This document shows, piece by piece, positions 59,801 through 64,000 of a DNA stretch of 64,000 bases. The stretch is from the human T2T-CHM13v2.0 reference genome, Homo sapiens: NCBI RefSeq assembly GCF_009914755.1, contig NC_060926.1; one strand, given 5' to 3'. Within the stretch, counting starts at the first letter, position 1; the number at the start of each line of letters is the position of its first letter. The notes below the pieces were generated by a model. The model had not been told where the DNA came from and ran no database searches. It saw only the letters and a list, made by a program, of their open reading frames with translations. Both the position numbers and the translations under genes were made by a program.

Positions 59801-60091
59801 GAGCTACCCAGCACCTGATGAGGAAAATCTCTCTTGATCCTTAGAGCAGAGCGCAAAGCATGGCTGTAATGGTTCTGATTGCTTTTCAGGGATTCTGAAT
59901 CATGTTTACTCTCTTTTCCTCACTTTTCTATATTTACAAGGTAGTCTACAATGAAGATGTGTTATTTAATAATTTAAAAAGGGGTCTTTTATGAAAGAGA
60001 GTGGTGGCATTATATGCCTACTCTGGCCTTTCCGACTTACCCTCTTCTTTCCCAGGTTTACAGAATAGTAATGAAGGTGTCTCACTTTCAG

Positions 60092-60232
60092 AGCTGACCC
60101 TGGCCTCAGCCTGGCCTAGGTGAGGGACATCCTGGCTGATGTGGTCCCCAAGTCCCAGAGAACACACAGACACATCATGCTCTCTTGAAGCATCTGAGAA
60201 CCCTGGCTGGACAATAGATCAGGAACGTGGCA
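60092..60232 (+). pseudogene. AOX3P: AOX3P exon 11 relic LTL/LSLA*VRDILADVVPK/PENTQTHHALLKHLRTLAGQ*IRNVA
   Basis: tttcag|AG ... GCA|gtaggt; TAG at 60117 and 60215; small deletions. Confidence 0.9.
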
Positions 60233-61705
60233 GTAGGTTTTCTGCACCAATTATCTGGGTGTGGGTAGTTTAGTGAGGAAAGGTTGTATCATTCATGATT
60301 TCTACCACTTTCTGCTGTATCCATTGGTGTTTTTCACATGATTGAAATATTAGATTGCCTAATTTCAGACCCTTGTGGATAAGCCACTTAAATGCCCAAG
60401 TTTTCAGAATAGGGAGCCAGAGAGGAGGTGCTGCCTTCCTGGTCCACCCACCCATGACCTGGTTCATATCTGCAATTGTCTGTTGAGAATCTATCCAGTC
60501 CAGAAATGTCTATCTTTAACAGCTCCCTAAGGGGTTCTTTAACTTGTTACTTACAGAGATAACTGATGGGTTCATTGAGAACAATTGACCTGATAACAAA
60601 TATGAATGAGAACCACACAATTAACTCAACCTTTCAGTGTAATTCTGTATTATTCCAATTATGATATATGATATATAGCTGTAAAATATTGACTACAAAT
60701 ATACATGTAATTATCAACTATAAATAACAGCAGCAGCATTATCCTTGCTAACCCTCAATGCCTCTGTATGAAAGAATCACTGGATTGTTTCTGTGGTCCG
60801 GTCTGCACCCTCCTCTTTGATTACTGTGGCTTGGTGTTTCTGCTGGCCTCTTCTGGATCCTGTGACATGCACATTCTAGGCTGCCTGATTACAACAGTTC
60901 TATCTTTATAGGAGGGAGGGCCTTTAACCAGCTAGGTTCATCTCAGTCATTCTAGCTGCAATTTGTTACTCAAAGTAAATTCTTCAATGATGAAATCCCC
61001 ATCAATGGCCTTTTCCAGGAGGCAGCTTCCCCAGATCAAAGGTTGTCAGGGTATGTTGCCCACAAGCCATCTCTCCTCTGCCCCCTCTTACATCTGAATC
61101 TCTCGGTATATTGTCACCTCTGTGCTCCTTGAATCTGCATTGCAGCCATGGGTAGGTTTTAGTGGTGATATCTTGGCTGGGAGATCAACTTTTCCCACCC
61201 TGCAGATGTCGCTGTCTCTGGGATGCTGCCTAGTCTCCTCTTTCAAACCCTCTCTGGCTCAGCTCCTGCCTCCCCCTCCACATCTCACCCCAAACAGCCC
61301 TTGCTCCCTTTCTTCTCAGATATACTCTACTAACCCCACCCACCCACCACCAGCTGCAAGCACCTGGGGTTACTCTCCTTAACTATTTCCTATTATCAAG
61401 CAAGCTAGACATGCAGAGTTGGAAAATAAATTCTTCATATGTAAATCACTGGAGTCCTCTCCTAATCAGAAATTAGAAGTGGGTGGCATGGAAGTGATTT
61501 TCACGATTTGTCTTCACACTTCTGTTTCGCCAATAAATAAAGGGATTAGTGATTCCTCTAAAACATTTTAAGATTTGCAAGAAAATCTCTCATTTATGCT
61601 GGCACTTTTTATTCTAATTGCTGAGACTGAAAAGAAATGTCATTCTCTATTTAATTCAGTGTTCATAATAAAAGCCCTGAGGTTGCTGATTAATTTTTAT
61701 TTTCA

Positions 61706-61798
61706 TCCTTAGGAAGTCAACTGTTAGCAGAATTTCAACTTCTGATCTCATTCCTGCTTTGGGTGTAGGCAATTGCGTACTCAACCTTGCTTCAAAAC
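61706..61798 (+). pseudogene. AOX3P: AOX3P exon 12 relic SLGS/TVSRISTSDLIPALGVGNCVLNLASK
   Basis: Homologous to SLGGHIISR..SDLNPILGIGNCILNVAS; -1 frameshift; acceptor G lost; donor reads atgag. Confidence 0.87.
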
Positions 61799-62249
61799 AT
61801 GAGCTACTGAATTCCCTCAGAAGTGCTGATGTCAGTTTTATAAGTGTATTGAATGCAGAATTGTGGAATAATATGAACCTGTTATTTAAATCATTGGTTA
61901 CCATACTAACTTTTCATTTTGCTGTGGATAGAACTGGAAGCACAGACATTGTCAGGATAGTGGATGAATATGACACACTTTAAGTGATCAGGAAGCATGT
62001 GTGAAACCATCTCAATCTGTCTTTCTTCTTATCTAGTCACTATCAAGAGACAAAGCACTTGTAATTGATTAATGTTATAAAGCAAGACTAGAATGTAATG
62101 AAGCATAGAGTTTTATTTTAGAGGCAGTTTTATTTTAACAGCTTTATGGCTTCCTTTTTGTCTCGGACTTGTTTGCTTAGGTTCTAAAGAGATCATTTAC
62201 ATTTTTAAAAATTTATACTTTGGTACTTTGAAGGAAAAAGCATACTTTT

Positions 62250-63200
62250 TTCTACCCTCACACACCACTCATCCCAGAACACTTCTGATGTCAGATGTGT
62301 GTGGGATTTTTCCTCACACACCAAGCAGTTCTCCAGTGGACACCAAGTTAATTTAACTCAATTCTGACACTCCCTACCTGGAGACAGTGTCAGGCCCCAC
62401 AGGTTGAGGGCTCAGTCATACAAGGCTGCCCTCCTTTTCAGATGCCAATCACAAATCCAGGCCTCTGCAACTTCTGACCTATAGGATAGAAATTGGGGGC
62501 TCCCATGACCAAACCATAACCAAACATTAGGTTTGGTTAATGTTCTAGAGTGACTCGCAGATCTCAGGGAAACACTTTACCTACAGTTACCCATTTATTA
62601 TGCAGGATATTACAAAGGATACAGGTTAACAGCCAGATGGAAAAGATGTATAGAGGAAGGGATGTGGGAAGGGGTGTGGGGCTTCCATGCCCTCCCTGGG
62701 CACGCCACCCTGCAGGAACCTCCATGCATTCAGCTATCCAGACACTCATCTGAACCTTGACCTTCTGGGTTTTTATGGAAGCTTAATTTCATAGGCATGA
62801 TTGATTACATCATTGGTCTTTAGTGAGCCACTCAACTTTCAGCCTCTCTCCTCTCTGCATCAGGGGGTGGGCTAAAAGTTCCAACTCTCTAACTGCAAGG
62901 TTGATTCCCTTGGCAACCAGCCCCCATTCTCAGGCTAACCAGGAGCCCACCAACCACCACCTCATTAGGATAGAAGATGCTGTCACCCAGAAAATTCCAA
63001 GGGATTAGGAGCTCTGTGTCAGATGTACCTGTCACTGAGGAAATTACAAAGGTCTTAGGAGCTCTGTGTCAGGCCTGGAGATCAAAGACCAAATGTTAAA
63101 ACCAAAGATTCTTCTAGTGCCCCTACCTACCAGGGTTTTAGGAGCTCAAGAACTGAGGTCAGGGACCACTATATGTATTTTTTATTATCTCGCAATTTCA
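62250..63200 (-). mobile_element. MER21-family LTR (second copy)
   Basis: Colinear similarity to 44690-45485 (acacttctga, caattctgac, gagggctcagtc, ggagctctgtgtcag, aaagaccaaa). Confidence 0.75.
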
Positions 63201-64000
63201 TAAGTAGCTTTTATGGGGATATGTATAACTACAGTGAAATCCACTGAAGGGGATTCATGAGAATCACAAGATACCCTTCATAGTGCCAAGGGCCCATTGA
63301 ATAATACAGACCTTGTCAGGTACATTGATTTGAAAGGAAAGTTCTAGTAGGACCAGGCTGAGGAAGTGACTCTACATGGTGAAACAAAAGACAGAACAGA
63401 ACACTTCTTGGTTTACAAACTACATGAGAAAAAATTAGTCTCTTTTTCACTAGACTTTTGACCAAAGAGTGTGATGGCCAATTTGACCCACTGCCTTACA
63501 CGTCAAACTGGTTTCTGAATGTCTTTGACCTCTTACCAAAAATCAAACTCACCTTCAAAGGATAAAGATTTATCACCCCTGAGACTACAGACTCTGAAAG
63601 AATATCCCCCAGAGTTCCCACAATGTCATGACAGCACTATTGAGACAAATGTATAATCTCTCCCAAGCTGGCCATTTCAAAGAGAGTAACATTTATTTGT
63701 GTGGCTATGTTTTAGGATTTGGGTTTAAAATAATCACTGGACTTTAAGGTTGTTTCATTTATTGATGTTACTGCTGGCATTTGTATTTCATCAGCCAATG
63801 TCACTATTCTCATGAGTAATATATCCGCTTTTATCACCATCACTCTCCAGACATTTCAACTCTTCAAAATCACTCACAATCTCTCTCCCCACAACACACC
63901 CCTCTGTCTGTCACTGTCACCACATTTACCCACTGATTCCCACCATTCTTCCCTGTAAGTTGCACACTGTAATCTTGACAGAATGTTCCCCATAAACTGG

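Overview
Great-ape (human-like, possibly chimpanzee/bonobo) genomic DNA from the aldehyde oxidase cluster (human 2q33.1-equivalent). The + strand carries the last ten coding exons (26-35) and the 3'UTR of AOX1; all splice GT-AG into one open frame ending ...PWNVPI*. About 6.3 kb past the AOX1 stop begins a tandem, same-strand unprocessed pseudogene matching Aox3. I can trace relic exons 1, 2 and 4-12, carrying stops, frameshifts and dead splice sites; exon 3 appears lost. The rest is repeats: an antisense L1PB-type element (1-5070), a young full-length antisense SVA with a perfect ~22-bp TSD (38038-40208), about 14 Alu elements or fragments, Tigger/MER2/MADE1/Charlie DNA transposons, MaLR/ERVL/MER21 LTR pieces and L2/MIR. 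Nearly all ORFs in the supplied track are spurious or repeat-derived. I found no convincing new biological system. The best leads are the AOX3 decay record (including a hairpin-loop inversion in exon 9 and a U12-like donor relic), the possibly lineage-specific SVA, the AOX1 Arg1297 allele and the L1-donated AOX1 poly(A) signal. Repeat subfamily names and reference comparisons come from memory, not from a search.
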